A stretch of DNA of 32,000 nt, taken from the NCBI RefSeq assembly GCF_059730245.1, contig NZ_AP029605.1. One strand, given 5' to 3'. This document shows positions 9,111 through 19,007 of this stretch, piece after piece. Every line of letters begins with the position of its first letter. Position 1 is the first letter of the stretch. The notes beneath the pieces were generated by a model, which saw nothing but the letters and a program-made list of their open reading frames with translations, was not told the origin of the DNA and did no database searches. Position numbers and translations under genes: made by a program.

Positions 9111-9990
9111 CGATTTTTATTTGCCGTTGTTGCCAGTTATCGGAACCGGTCGCCTCTATATTACGTCCGAAGGTCATGCTTGCCATGCATATTTTCGTGA
9201 GGTCAGCGGTCATGGTATTCGTTTCACGTTGACATACTCGGGCTATGAGGGGCGTTTCTGGATATCAGAAGAACAGTTCATTCAGTGGTGCCAAGAGTTA
9301 TTCCCGTATAGTGAAAGCCGGCTGATACCGGAAGATATGATAAAACTCATGATCTTATGGGTAATGCAGACTGCCTTACCGGAAGGTGATGTGTCAGTTG
9401 ATGATGTTCAATTTACGATGCTAAATAAAGATGTTTATCCGGTAATAGAAAATAATAATGGAGAAAACAGACTTAATGTAATTATACTCGAAACAACGGT
9501 ACAAAGTTTACAACATCTGATTAATGATAATTGGCAATTGGTTCCACATTCTAATGCTCTTTTTTTTGATGGCTATATCGTACCTGGGTGGACTGATTAT
9601 CCAGTTACAGAGTTGAGAGTTGGTGATAGTCTGAGACTCTATCATGTTGATGATAGTCAAGAGAGAAGGTGCTGGATTGTTATTAATAACCCTTTGGCAA
9701 CCGTAAAGCTGAGCGATAATAATTTATCTGTCACGGATGTTCTGGCTGCAGATCCGTTATGTACTATCAGCAGCGAGACTGTGATGAATCGCATTTATTG
9801 TGTGATTGGCACAGTGCATATTGATATACATATGTTGCGTAATGTCCAAAAAGATGACATTATCGATTCAACGGGATATCATCTTTTTGGTGGGTGCCAG
9901 TTAGTACGGAATAATACCACAATCGCATACGGGAGTATTATAAAAATCAACGAAGATTTTTATTTTACTATTAGCGTAGTATGTGATTAA
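9073..9990 (+). CDS. sepQ: SepQ/EscQ, T3SS C-ring (sorting platform) protein, 305 aa
   Basis: C-terminal SpoA-like region (VKLSDNNLSVTDVLAADPLCTISSETVMNRIYCVIGTVHIDIHMLRNVQKDDII). ATG at 9073 gives 305 aa and an alternative ATG is at 9100. Confidence 0.92.
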   Translation: MKPLSSQLNMKINDFYLPLLPVIGTGRLYITSEGHACHAYFREVSGHGIRFTLTYSGYEGRFWISEEQFIQWCQELFPYSESRLIPEDMIKLMILWVMQTALPEGDVSVDDVQFTMLNKDVYPVIENNNGENRLNVIILETTVQSLQHLINDNWQLVPHSNALFFDGYIVPGWTDYPVTELRVGDSLRLYHVDDSQERRCWIVINNPLATVKLSDNNLSVTDVLAADPLCTISSETVMNRIYCVIGTVHIDIHMLRNVQKDDIIDSTGYHLFGGCQLVRNNTTIAYGSIIKINEDFYFTISVVCD

Positions 9991-10020
9991 TCAGGAATGC
10001 GTTATATAGGGAGGTGTATG

Positions 10021-10530
10021 ATGTCGTCATCATTATCAGGTATAACATTCACTACTTTTTTGACAAGCAATCATGCGTCATGGAATAAGTTGACCCGAAC
10101 TCTTCATATATCGAATGACGATATACTAGATGAACTGCAACTTAAAGCACGCATGCAGCAGCGTCACCACCGGGTTTTTGCAGGCATTGATGACTATTCA
10201 ATTATCAATTTTCGTGGAAAAGATTATGCTGTCCGCTTCATTAAAGATAATGATAATTATGTATACAAAGTAAATAAGATAACTCAGGAAAGTGGATGTT
10301 TCTCAAAGATATTTAGCTTTTTGTATGGAGGCGTTACGAAGGCCCTGGAAAGTAAATTAAATGAGAGACACATTACGCCACTTTCTTCAACCTGGTTTCC
10401 TCGCACTGCACTGGAAGGCTTTTTAACTGAAAGAGGGCTCTCTTCTTTGTTACGTCGCGTACAGTCTACAGAAGGTGTGAACCCTCCAGAGAATACTACA
10501 TTAAACTCTTTATCAGGTGTGACAGTTTAA
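10021..10530 (+). CDS. espH: EspH effector, about 169 aa (alternative ATG at 10018)
   Basis: MSSSLSGITFTTFLTSNHASWNKLTRTLHISNDDIL...; preceded by a strong SD-like GGGAGG; orf18 position. Confidence 0.9.
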   Translation: MSSSLSGITFTTFLTSNHASWNKLTRTLHISNDDILDELQLKARMQQRHHRVFAGIDDYSIINFRGKDYAVRFIKDNDNYVYKVNKITQESGCFSKIFSFLYGGVTKALESKLNERHITPLSSTWFPRTALEGFLTERGLSSLLRRVQSTEGVNPPENTTLNSLSGVTV

Positions 10531-10557
10531 GTATTATTTTATGCTGTTTTCTTTTTC

Positions 10558-10584
10558 TCCCCAGAATGTGTTCTGTTCTGGGGG
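10558..10584. terminator. Hairpin downstream of espH, possible terminator between convergent espH and cesF
   Basis: ccccagaa (10559-10566) pairs with ttctgggg (10576-10583); 8-bp GC-containing stem with 9-nt loop and no strict U-tract. Confidence 0.45.
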
Positions 10585-10730
10585 CGATATTTCATTATTT
10601 TTTGAAAAGAATATGCAGGCGAAATGATTAGTATTTCAAGGATAGAGCACTGTAGTTTTTGTGAAATATGAACTGAATGGATGCCACCGTCCAGTCCATA
10701 TTATCACTTCCAAAGTAAAAAGCAAATAAA

Positions 10731-11093
10731 TCAAAGTGAAAGTAGTTTTATTATTTCTTTTTTTAGTAGATATCCGTTTTCCATCAAGTTAGTGAATTCC
10801 GTTATATCTATTTTATTTTTGGGGAATGCAATGTTTAAGAAAGTTTTATCGTCTTTTAATGATAAGAAAAACATACCAAGCATTTCTCGGTTGTTGTTTA
10901 TTTCTAATATTTTATTGATTTGATCTGGTTCGTTGGTTGATAGGTAACAATAAAAAAACAAAATTTCTGATTGAGGTGCGCACTCAAGTATCCACTCATG
11001 ACCATCGTTATCGTGAAAAGCGAGGGCGTCAGTTTGCTCTTCCAATGTTATCCCAAACGTATGTGCAAGATCTTTGCAAAATTGTTCATTCAT
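10731..11093 (-). CDS. cesF: CesF, chaperone for EspF, 120 aa
   Basis: MNEQFCKDLAHTFGITLEEQTDALAFHDNDGHEW... is CesT/SycE-fold-like; minus-strand gene between espH and map (rOrf10 position). Confidence 0.9.
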   Translation of the reverse strand: MNEQFCKDLAHTFGITLEEQTDALAFHDNDGHEWILECAPQSEILFFYCYLSTNEPDQINKILEINNNREMLGMFFLSLKDDKTFLNIAFPKNKIDITEFTNLMENGYLLKKEIIKLLSL

Positions 11094-11367
11094 ATTGTAG
11101 TCCTGTCATTCTTATAACGCTGATGTGTTCATAGGTAATTTATTTGTGAGTTCTTACACAAATAACAAGGAAAAAATATAACATGTAAGTAATAATGTTG
11201 CATATTCATGATAGCATATGATAAATGTAGTGCAATCACCTATAAATAGTGCTGGAGGAAAAGTTCTGGAGGAAAATTAAAATCATAAAATAATATTATA
11301 GCTTTATTTATTCGTTTTATTTTTATAGGTGTAAATGTTTTTTATGTAATTTATAAAGGTTTATAGC

Positions 11368-11979
11368 ATGTTTAGTCCAACGGCAATGGTAGGTAGAGCG
11401 TTAGCTCAGGCGGTTACACAAACTCTTAGACCCGCTGTAACCAAGGCTGCGACGCAAGCGGGCATGGCAGCCAGTGGTATGAGGTTCACACCTATGCAGT
11501 CGAACCTTATGATTAATCATGGCAAACTGACTACCCAGCTACTACAGGCCGTAGCCAAACAAACTGGTAGTAGTGATACCCAGCAATGGTTCAAGCAAGA
11601 GCAGATTACTTTTCTATCCAGAGCAGTAAACAAAACTGTGGATGACTATTGCATGAGTAATAATTCGGCAATTAGTAAGGAGACTAAATGTCGCATTTTT
11701 AAAGAGGTTGAAAGCGCGATACAACAGCCTCTCGATATGAACTGTGCACAATCATCAATTAGTCACTTTTTGCAATCCAATAAATACTTTAATCAGAAAG
11801 TTGATGAGCAGTGTGGTAAAGGAGTGGATCCCATTACACGTTTTAACACTCAAACCAAATTGATAGAACAAGTCTCACGCGAAATCTTTGAACAGAATTT
11901 TAGCACCGCAAAAATCAGTGATATCAAGGCTCTAACTGAGAAGGCGATTGCAGAAAATGTGCAGGATACTCGACTGTAG
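11368..11979 (+). CDS. map: Map, mitochondrial-associated effector / Cdc42 GEF, 203 aa
   Basis: MFSPTAMVGRALAQAVTQTLRPAV... N-terminus; WxxxE motif (WFKQE); C-terminal PDZ ligand DTRL. Confidence 0.95.
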   Translation: MFSPTAMVGRALAQAVTQTLRPAVTKAATQAGMAASGMRFTPMQSNLMINHGKLTTQLLQAVAKQTGSSDTQQWFKQEQITFLSRAVNKTVDDYCMSNNSAISKETKCRIFKEVESAIQQPLDMNCAQSSISHFLQSNKYFNQKVDEQCGKGVDPITRFNTQTKLIEQVSREIFEQNFSTAKISDIKALTEKAIAENVQDTRL

Positions 11980-12299
11980 GGGGGGACTCACTGCTTTGTT
12001 TTTTCTTGATGCAAAAAGGTCTCTATAGACGCTTAAAATAAAACATTATTTTTCAATACACAATTAAATTTCTGTATATAAAAATCATAATTAATTTTTG
12101 CGATAATTATATAATAATTTTGATTATGTGATTTTTTAGTTGGAAATACAGACATGCATTTCTGGTGCGTTATTTTGCTTGCATCAAAAATTATACTGTG
12201 ATTTATTTGGTTTATGCTCAGTTGTTTTATCGGCTGCATACCGTTACGTCATAGTAATATAAAGGAACGTGTCAAATTTCTAAATAAAAGGATATATGT

Positions 12300-13958
12300 A
12301 TGCCTATTGGTAACCTTGGTAATAATGTAAATAGCAATCATTTAATTCCCCCTGCGCCGCCACTACCTTCACAAACAGACGGCGCGGCACGGGGAGGAAC
12401 TGGTCATCTAATTAGCTCTACAGGAGCATTAGGATCTCGTTCATTGTTTTCTCCCCTGAGAAATTCTATGGCTGATTCTGTCGATTCCAGAGATATTCCA
12501 GGACTTCCTACAAACCCATCGAGGCTTGCTGCAGCTACATCTGAGACATGCTTGCTTGGAGGATTTGAAGTTCTCCATGATAAGGGGCCACTTGATATTC
12601 TCAATACGCAAATTGGACCCTCTGCATTTCGTGTTGAAGCGCAGGCAGATGGTACTCATGCCGCTATTGGAGAAAAAAATGGTTTGGAGGTTAGCGTTAC
12701 ATTAAGTCCTCAAGAATGGAGCAGCTTGCAATCTATTGATACTGAGGGTAAAAACAGATTTGTTTTTACCGGGGGACGTGGCGGTAGTGGGCATCCGATG
12801 GTCACTGTCGCATCAGATATCGCGGAAGCTCGTACGAAAATACTGGCCAAATTAGACCCAGACAATCATGGAGGACGTCAACCCAAGGACGTTGATACGC
12901 GTTCTGTTGGTGTTGGCAGCGCTTCGGGAATAGATGATGGCGTTGTTAGCGAAACCCATACTTCAACAACAAATTCCAGCGTTCGCTCAGATCCTAAATT
13001 CTGGGTTTCTGTCGGCGCAATTGCTGCTGGTTTAGCGGGACTGGCGGCAACTGGTATTGCACAGGCGTTGGCTTTGACACCGGAACCGGATGATCCTACA
13101 ACCACCGATCCTGATCAGGCCGCAAATGCTGCAGAAAGTGCAACAAAAGATCAGTTAACGCAAGAAGCATTCAAGAACCCTGAGAACCAGAAAGTTAACA
13201 TCGATGCGAACGGAAATGCTATTCCGTCTGGGGAATTAAAAGATGATATTGTTGAGCAAATAGCACAACAAGCTAAAGAGGCTGGTGAGGTGGCCAGACA
13301 GCAGGCTGTTGAAAGCAATGCACAGGCGCAGCAGCGATATGAGGATCAGCATGCCAGACGTCAGGAGGAATTACAGCTTTCATCGGGTATTGGTTACGGC
13401 CTCAGCAGTGCATTGATTGTTGCTGGGGGAATTGGTGCTGGTGTAACGACTGCGCTCCATAGACGAAATCAGCCGGCAGAACAGACAACTACTACAACAA
13501 CACATACGGTAGTGCAGCAGCAGACCGGAGGGAATACCCCAGCACAAGGTGGCACTGATGCCACAAGAGCAGAAGATGCTTCTCTGAATAGACGTGATTC
13601 GCAGGGGAGTGTTGCATCGACACACTGGTCAGATTCCTCTAGCGAAGTGGTTAATCCATATGCTGAAGTTGGGGAGCCTCGGAATAGTCTATCGACTCGT
13701 CAGCAAGAAGAGCATATTTACGATGAGGTCGCTGCAGATCCTGTTTATAGCGTCATTCAGAATTTTTCACGGAATGCTCCAGTTACCGGAAGGTTAATGG
13801 GAAGCCCAGGGCAAGGTATCCAAAGTACTTATGCGCTTCTGGCAAGCAGCGCTGGATTGCGTTTAGGTATGGGAGGATTAACGGGGAGTGGCGAGAGCGC
13901 AGTAAATACTGCAAATGCAAATGCCGCACCAACGCCGGGACCAGTACGTTTCGTTTAA
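12300..13958 (+). CDS. tir: Tir, translocated intimin receptor, 552 aa
   Basis: MPIGNLGNNVN... N-terminus, two TM segments, NPY454 and HIYDEVAADP (Tyr474) motifs, C-terminal PTPGPVRFV. Confidence 0.97.
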   Translation: MPIGNLGNNVNSNHLIPPAPPLPSQTDGAARGGTGHLISSTGALGSRSLFSPLRNSMADSVDSRDIPGLPTNPSRLAAATSETCLLGGFEVLHDKGPLDILNTQIGPSAFRVEAQADGTHAAIGEKNGLEVSVTLSPQEWSSLQSIDTEGKNRFVFTGGRGGSGHPMVTVASDIAEARTKILAKLDPDNHGGRQPKDVDTRSVGVGSASGIDDGVVSETHTSTTNSSVRSDPKFWVSVGAIAAGLAGLAATGIAQALALTPEPDDPTTTDPDQAANAAESATKDQLTQEAFKNPENQKVNIDANGNAIPSGELKDDIVEQIAQQAKEAGEVARQQAVESNAQAQQRYEDQHARRQEELQLSSGIGYGLSSALIVAGGIGAGVTTALHRRNQPAEQTTTTTTHTVVQQQTGGNTPAQGGTDATRAEDASLNRRDSQGSVASTHWSDSSSEVVNPYAEVGEPRNSLSTRQQEEHIYDEVAADPVYSVIQNFSRNAPVTGRLMGSPGQGIQSTYALLASSAGLRLGMGGLTGSGESAVNTANANAAPTPGPVRFV

Positions 13959-14091
13959 ATATATCTGTGAGTATTTAGTTGAGGTTGGGGTGGGGGGGCG
14001 TTTTACTAGCGTTAATGTTTCAGAGAACAACGTTGCAGCATGGGTAACTCTTGAACTTCTGTTATTATAAATTCAATTAAGAGAAATTATA

Positions 14092-14562
14092 ATGTCATCA
14101 AGATCTGAACTTTTATTAGATAGGTTTGCAGAAAAAATTGGTGTTGGATCTATTTCCTTTAATGAAAATAGATTATGTTCTTTTGCTATTGATGAAATTT
14201 ATTATATTTCGTTATCTGATGCCAATGACGAATATATGATGATTTATGGCGTCTGTGGAAAATTCCCGACAGATAACCCTAACTTCGCTCTTGAGATTTT
14301 GAATGCAAACTTATGGTTTGCAGAGAATGGTGGGCCATACCTGTGTTATGAGTCAGGAGCACAATCGCTGTTGTTAGCGTTACGTTTCCCGCTCGATGAT
14401 GCTACCCCTGAAAAACTTGAGAATGAAATAGAAGTCGTCGTTAAGTCGATGGAAAACCTGTATTTGGTATTACATAATCAGGGAATAACATTAGAAAACG
14501 AACATATGAAAATAGAGGAAATTAGCCCAAGCGATAATAAACATTATTACGCCGGAAGATAA
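14092..14562 (+). CDS. cesT: CesT, multi-effector/Tir chaperone, 156 aa
   Basis: [56 protein letters not shown]; between tir and eae. Confidence 0.96.
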   Translation: MSSRSELLLDRFAEKIGVGSISFNENRLCSFAIDEIYYISLSDANDEYMMIYGVCGKFPTDNPNFALEILNANLWFAENGGPYLCYESGAQSLLLALRFPLDDATPEKLENEIEVVVKSMENLYLVLHNQGITLENEHMKIEEISPSDNKHYYAGR

Positions 14563-14621
14563 AACTTATTTATTAGTATTAATTTACTACTCATTCTAAC
14601 TCATTGTGGTGGAGCCCAAAC

Positions 14622-17441
14622 ATGATTACTCATGGTTTTTATGCCCGGACCCGGCACAAGCATAAGCTAAAAAAAACATTTATTATGCTTAGTGCTGGTT
14701 TAGGATTGTTTTTTTATGTTAATCAGAATTCATTTGCAAATGGTGAAAATTATTTTAAATTGGGTTCGGATTCAAAACTGTTAACTCATAATAGCTATCA
14801 GAATCGCCTTTTTTATACGTTGAAAACAGGTGAAACTGTTGCCGATCTTTCTAAATCGCAAGATATTAATTTATCGACGATTTGGTCGTTGAATAAGCAT
14901 TTATACAGTTCTGAAAGCGAAATGATGAAGGCCGCGCCTGGTCAGCAGATCATTTTGCCACTCAAAAAACTTCCCTTTGAATACAGTGCCTTACCACTTT
15001 TAGGTTCGGCACCTCTTGTTGCTGCAGGTGGTGTCGCTGGTCATACAAATAAACTGACTAAAATGTCCCCGGACGTGACCAAAAGCAACATGACCGATGA
15101 CAAGGCATTAAATTATGCGGCACAACAGGCGGCGAGTCTCGGTAGCCAGCTTCAGTCGCGATCTCTGAACGGCGATTACGCGAAAGATACCGCTCTTGGT
15201 ATCGCTGGTAACCAGGCTTCGTCACAGTTGCAGGCCTGGTTACAACATTATGGAACGGCAGAGGTTAATCTGCAGAGTGGTAATAACTTTGACGGTAGTT
15301 CACTGGACTTCTTATTACCGTTCTATGATTCCGAAAAAATGCTGGCATTTGGTCAGGTCGGAGCGCGTTACATTGACTCCCGCTTTACGGCAAATTTAGG
15401 TGCGGGTCAGCGTTTTTTCCTTCCTGAAAATATGTTGGGCTATAACGTCTTCATTGATCAGGATTTTTCTGGTGATAATACCCGTTTAGGTATTGGTGGC
15501 GAATACTGGCGAGACTATTTCAAAAGTAGTGTTAACGGCTATTTCCGCATGAGCGGCTGGCATGAGTCATACAATAAGAAAGACTATGATGAGCGCCCAG
15601 CAAATGGCTTCGATATCCGTTTTAATGGCTATCTGCCATCATACCCGGCATTAGGTGCCAAGCTGATGTATGAGCAGTATTATGGTGATAATGTTGCTTT
15701 GTTTAATTCTGATAAGCTGCAGTCGAATCCTGGTGCGGCGACCGTTGGTGTAAACTATACTCCGATTCCTCTGGTGACGATGGGGATCGATTACCGTCAT
15801 GGTACGGGTAATGAAAATGATCTCCTTTACTCAATGCAGTTCCGTTATCAGTTTGATAAACCGTGGTCTCAGCAAATTGAGCCACAATATGTTAACGAGT
15901 TAAGAACATTATCAGGCAGCCGTTACGATCTGGTTCAGCGTAATAACAATATTATTCTGGAGTACAAAAAGCAGGATATTCTTTCTCTGAATATTCCGCA
16001 TGATATTAATGGTACTGAACGCAGTACGCAGAAGATTCAATTGATCGTTAAGAGCAAATACGGTCTGGATCGTATCGTCTGGGATGATAGTTCATTACGT
16101 AGCCAGGGCGGCCAGATTCAGCATAGCGGAAGCCAAAGCGCACAAGATTACCAGGCTATTTTGCCTGCTTATGTGCAAGGTGGTAGCAATGTTTATAAAG
16201 TGACGGCTCGCGCCTATGACCGTAATGGCAATAGCTCTAACAATGTACAGCTTACTATTACCGTTCTGTCGAATGGTCAGGTGGTCGACCAGGTTGGGGT
16301 AACGGACTTTACGGCTGATAAGACTTCGGCTAAAGCGGATGGCACCGAAGCAATTACTTATACTGCGACGGTGAAAAAGAATGGGGTAGCTCAGGCTAAT
16401 GTCCCTGTTTCATTTAATATTGTTTCAGGAACTGCAGTTTTAAGTGCCAATAGTGCCAATACTAATAGTAGCGGTAAGGCGACTGTAACCCTGACATCAA
16501 ATAAACCGGGCCAGGTCGTCGTATCAGCTAAAACAGCAGAGATGACTTCAGCGCTTAATGCCAATGCTGTTATATTTGTTGATCAAACCAAGGCCAGCAT
16601 TACTGAGATTAAGGCTGATAAAACAACTGCAGTAGCAAATGGTCAGGATGCTATTACATACACTGTTAAAGTGATGAAAAATGGTCAGCCATTATCCGGT
16701 GAAGAAGTGACTTTCTTTACGGATTTTGGGGCATTGGATAAAACTAAAGTAACGACCGATCAGAGTGGTTATGCTACTGTAAAACTGTCATCCAGTACTT
16801 CAGGCAAAGCTATTGTTCGCGCAAAAGTGAGTGATGTTGATACAGAAGTTAAGGCTGCCGCTGTTGAGTTTTTTGCCTCCCTGAGTATTGATAGCAATAA
16901 AGTTACTGTAATTGGTACTGGTGTCACTGGTTCTCTGCCAAAGAACTGGTTGCAGTATGGTCAGGCTAAGTTACAGGCAACGGGAGGTAATGGGAAATAT
17001 ACATGGAAATCCAGTGATACTAAAATTGCTTCTGTTGATAGTTCGGGAGTGATAACCCTGAATGGGAAAGGGAGTACCATAATTACGGTCGTATCTGGTG
17101 ATAATCAGAGTGCGACATATACAATTAGTACTCCTGACAAGATTGTAATAGCTGTGGATAAAATTAATCGGATGACATATTCTGCTGCCGAAAACAAGTG
17201 CCGAACAATTAGTGCAAATTTAGCACCGTCAAAGAGTATATTGGCAGACACATATTCTAAATGGGGAGCAGCGAATAAATATTCTTACTATTCTGGTTCT
17301 AATTCATTGACAGCTTGGATTACACAATCCTCTTCTGAGTTACCATCGGGTGTATCAAGTACATATGATTTAATCACAACAAACTCTTTGACAAATGTTA
17401 AGACAACAGATAACAATGCCTTTGCAGTCTGTGTGAAATAA
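14622..17441 (+). CDS. eae: Intimin, outer-membrane adhesin, 939 aa (track start 14604 is an upstream TTG; ATG at 14622 preferred)
   Basis: MITHGFYARTRHKHKLKKTFIMLSAGLGLFFYVNQNSFA leader, LysM region (YTLKTGETVADLSKSQDINLSTIW), beta-barrel, Ig-like domains, and C-type-lectin-like end with a Cys-X76-Cys pair and terminal CVK. Confidence 0.97.
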   Translation: MITHGFYARTRHKHKLKKTFIMLSAGLGLFFYVNQNSFANGENYFKLGSDSKLLTHNSYQNRLFYTLKTGETVADLSKSQDINLSTIWSLNKHLYSSESEMMKAAPGQQIILPLKKLPFEYSALPLLGSAPLVAAGGVAGHTNKLTKMSPDVTKSNMTDDKALNYAAQQAASLGSQLQSRSLNGDYAKDTALGIAGNQASSQLQAWLQHYGTAEVNLQSGNNFDGSSLDFLLPFYDSEKMLAFGQVGARYIDSRFTANLGAGQRFFLPENMLGYNVFIDQDFSGDNTRLGIGGEYWRDYFKSSVNGYFRMSGWHESYNKKDYDERPANGFDIRFNGYLPSYPALGAKLMYEQYYGDNVALFNSDKLQSNPGAATVGVNYTPIPLVTMGIDYRHGTGNENDLLYSMQFRYQFDKPWSQQIEPQYVNELRTLSGSRYDLVQRNNNIILEYKKQDILSLNIPHDINGTERSTQKIQLIVKSKYGLDRIVWDDSSLRSQGGQIQHSGSQSAQDYQAILPAYVQGGSNVYKVTARAYDRNGNSSNNVQLTITVLSNGQVVDQVGVTDFTADKTSAKADGTEAITYTATVKKNGVAQANVPVSFNIVSGTAVLSANSANTNSSGKATVTLTSNKPGQVVVSAKTAEMTSALNANAVIFVDQTKASITEIKADKTTAVANGQDAITYTVKVMKNGQPLSGEEVTFFTDFGALDKTKVTTDQSGYATVKLSSSTSGKAIVRAKVSDVDTEVKAAAVEFFASLSIDSNKVTVIGTGVTGSLPKNWLQYGQAKLQATGGNGKYTWKSSDTKIASVDSSGVITLNGKGSTIITVVSGDNQSATYTISTPDKIVIAVDKINRMTYSAAENKCRTISANLAPSKSILADTYSKWGAANKYSYYSGSNSLTAWITQSSSELPSGVSSTYDLITTNSLTNVKTTDNNAFAVCVK

Positions 17442-17644
17442 CTTAATTACATCGCAAAACCCGGGAAATAAAGTTTATTTTCCGGGTTTCTTATATGTCT
17501 ACTTGATCTTTAAACGAATGATTTGTGTTAAAAGCAATGTGTTATTTCTGTTATAAATTTTTTCTATGTCGTAGTTGATGACTGCCTTGCTGACAACATC
17601 CACACAATAAAAAACCCTCCGAAGAGGGGGAAGAGGATAAGAAA

Positions 17645-18865
17645 TTAATACGACAGTGGAATATGTATATATTCGTCTGGGCGGGAGATGTTGATACCAT
17701 CTTTAGGATCAATTGCGTCGATGACATAGCCTCCTTTCAGAATGCTACCAATCCCGAGGCTGGTACCATTATCAAGAGCAATTGTAGGATTCTTCATCGT
17801 ACCGCTGATTCTGAGTATTTTTCCGGGAAAAATATCTGCTGAAATGTACGGCTGAATGTTCTGAAAGAGTATCTTGACGTTACTATTTTTGTTCATTGCA
17901 TTTATAATGGCAAGGATCTTACTCTCATTCTGTTGAGAAACTTCCCCCGCAACAATGATGACATCATTCTTTTTGAAAATATTGACATAGTTTATTAGCT
18001 TATTCTTTTTAAACTCTGATGCCAGTTCATTGATTTTATTGTTACTGTTGTTGTGTATTTCCCATCCTGCAACCCCTGGCGTATTCAGTAACAGATTTTC
18101 AACTTCGCTCCATTTGGGTGAAGGGGGAATGTATCCCGATAACAGAAAGAATCCAGGCTTATTACCTTTTGTAATGATGATATCTTTATAACCGTATTCC
18201 GTTAAGACATCATTAATTGCGGATATGATCTGGTTATTGCAAATGATATTATTGTAATAAAAAATATTTTTTTCTTTCAGGTAATTAAAAAATGGAGTTA
18301 AATCCGTGGTTGATTCGCAACGCCCATAAAGCGCGATATTTTTTCCATGCCATACCAGAGTGATTGCATGAAGTTTGTTTTCTTTTAGCTGCTGATATAC
18401 ATCAGCTCTGGTAAACGTTGGGGGTTCAGCTTTTGGGGAAAGCAAAACGTAACTGCCGATGGCACCAGACAACGCAAAAGTAGCACCAATCACGCTCGCC
18501 AGGATAAGGCGTTTTTTGCGTTGATTTTTGGCAGAAAACCTTTCTGGCACATCAGACAATGGCAAGGAATGGTCAATATCACCAATGATGAAGCAACATC
18601 CCGCTATATCAATAACCTTTCCGACAGGTAATGGTTTATCTGCTTCATAGGGCGTGGGTTGCCCATCAATCCAAAATTCAACCGGAGATAAAAGGAAAAC
18701 ACCTTCCTCACGTATATCAAGTAAAAACTGATTGAGGCCTTGTTCAAGGGGAAAGTAAACAATATCGTTATCTTCCGTACCTAGCGTTAGGTTTCCCATC
18801 GGAAGTTGTAATTCCCGATTACGCATCGCACCATTGAGAAGTTTTATTTTATATGAGGATAACAT
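17645..18865 (-). CDS. escD: EscD, T3SS inner-membrane ring protein, 406 aa
   Basis: FHA-like N-terminus, single TM helix (LILASVIGATFALSGAIGSYVLL), periplasmic ring domains; located between eae and sepL. Confidence 0.94.
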   Translation of the reverse strand: MLSSYKIKLLNGAMRNRELQLPMGNLTLGTEDNDIVYFPLEQGLNQFLLDIREEGVFLLSPVEFWIDGQPTPYEADKPLPVGKVIDIAGCCFIIGDIDHSLPLSDVPERFSAKNQRKKRLILASVIGATFALSGAIGSYVLLSPKAEPPTFTRADVYQQLKENKLHAITLVWHGKNIALYGRCESTTDLTPFFNYLKEKNIFYYNNIICNNQIISAINDVLTEYGYKDIIITKGNKPGFFLLSGYIPPSPKWSEVENLLLNTPGVAGWEIHNNSNNKINELASEFKKNKLINYVNIFKKNDVIIVAGEVSQQNESKILAIINAMNKNSNVKILFQNIQPYISADIFPGKILRISGTMKNPTIALDNGTSLGIGSILKGGYVIDAIDPKDGINISRPDEYIHIPLSY

Positions 18866-19007
18866 TTTTAAATTTTATTCATCCTGGTGGTTGAACAATG
18901 AGAAAAAATATGGTGAACTTACATCGTCTAAGAATAGAGTAGAAAGGAAGCTGTTGTACAGTACTATTTAATGGAATATTCATAATTAATGATTACGTGA
19001 GTTTCCA

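Noticed and set aside
10681-10923. 80-aa plus-strand ORF antisense to cesF
   Set aside because: Low-complexity, F/I/S-rich translation from AT-rich DNA, antisense to a recognised gene.
14604-14621. Six extra residues (MWWSPN) at the intimin N-terminus
   Set aside because: This comes from an upstream TTG. The ATG at 14622 gives the canonical MITHG start and 939-aa length.
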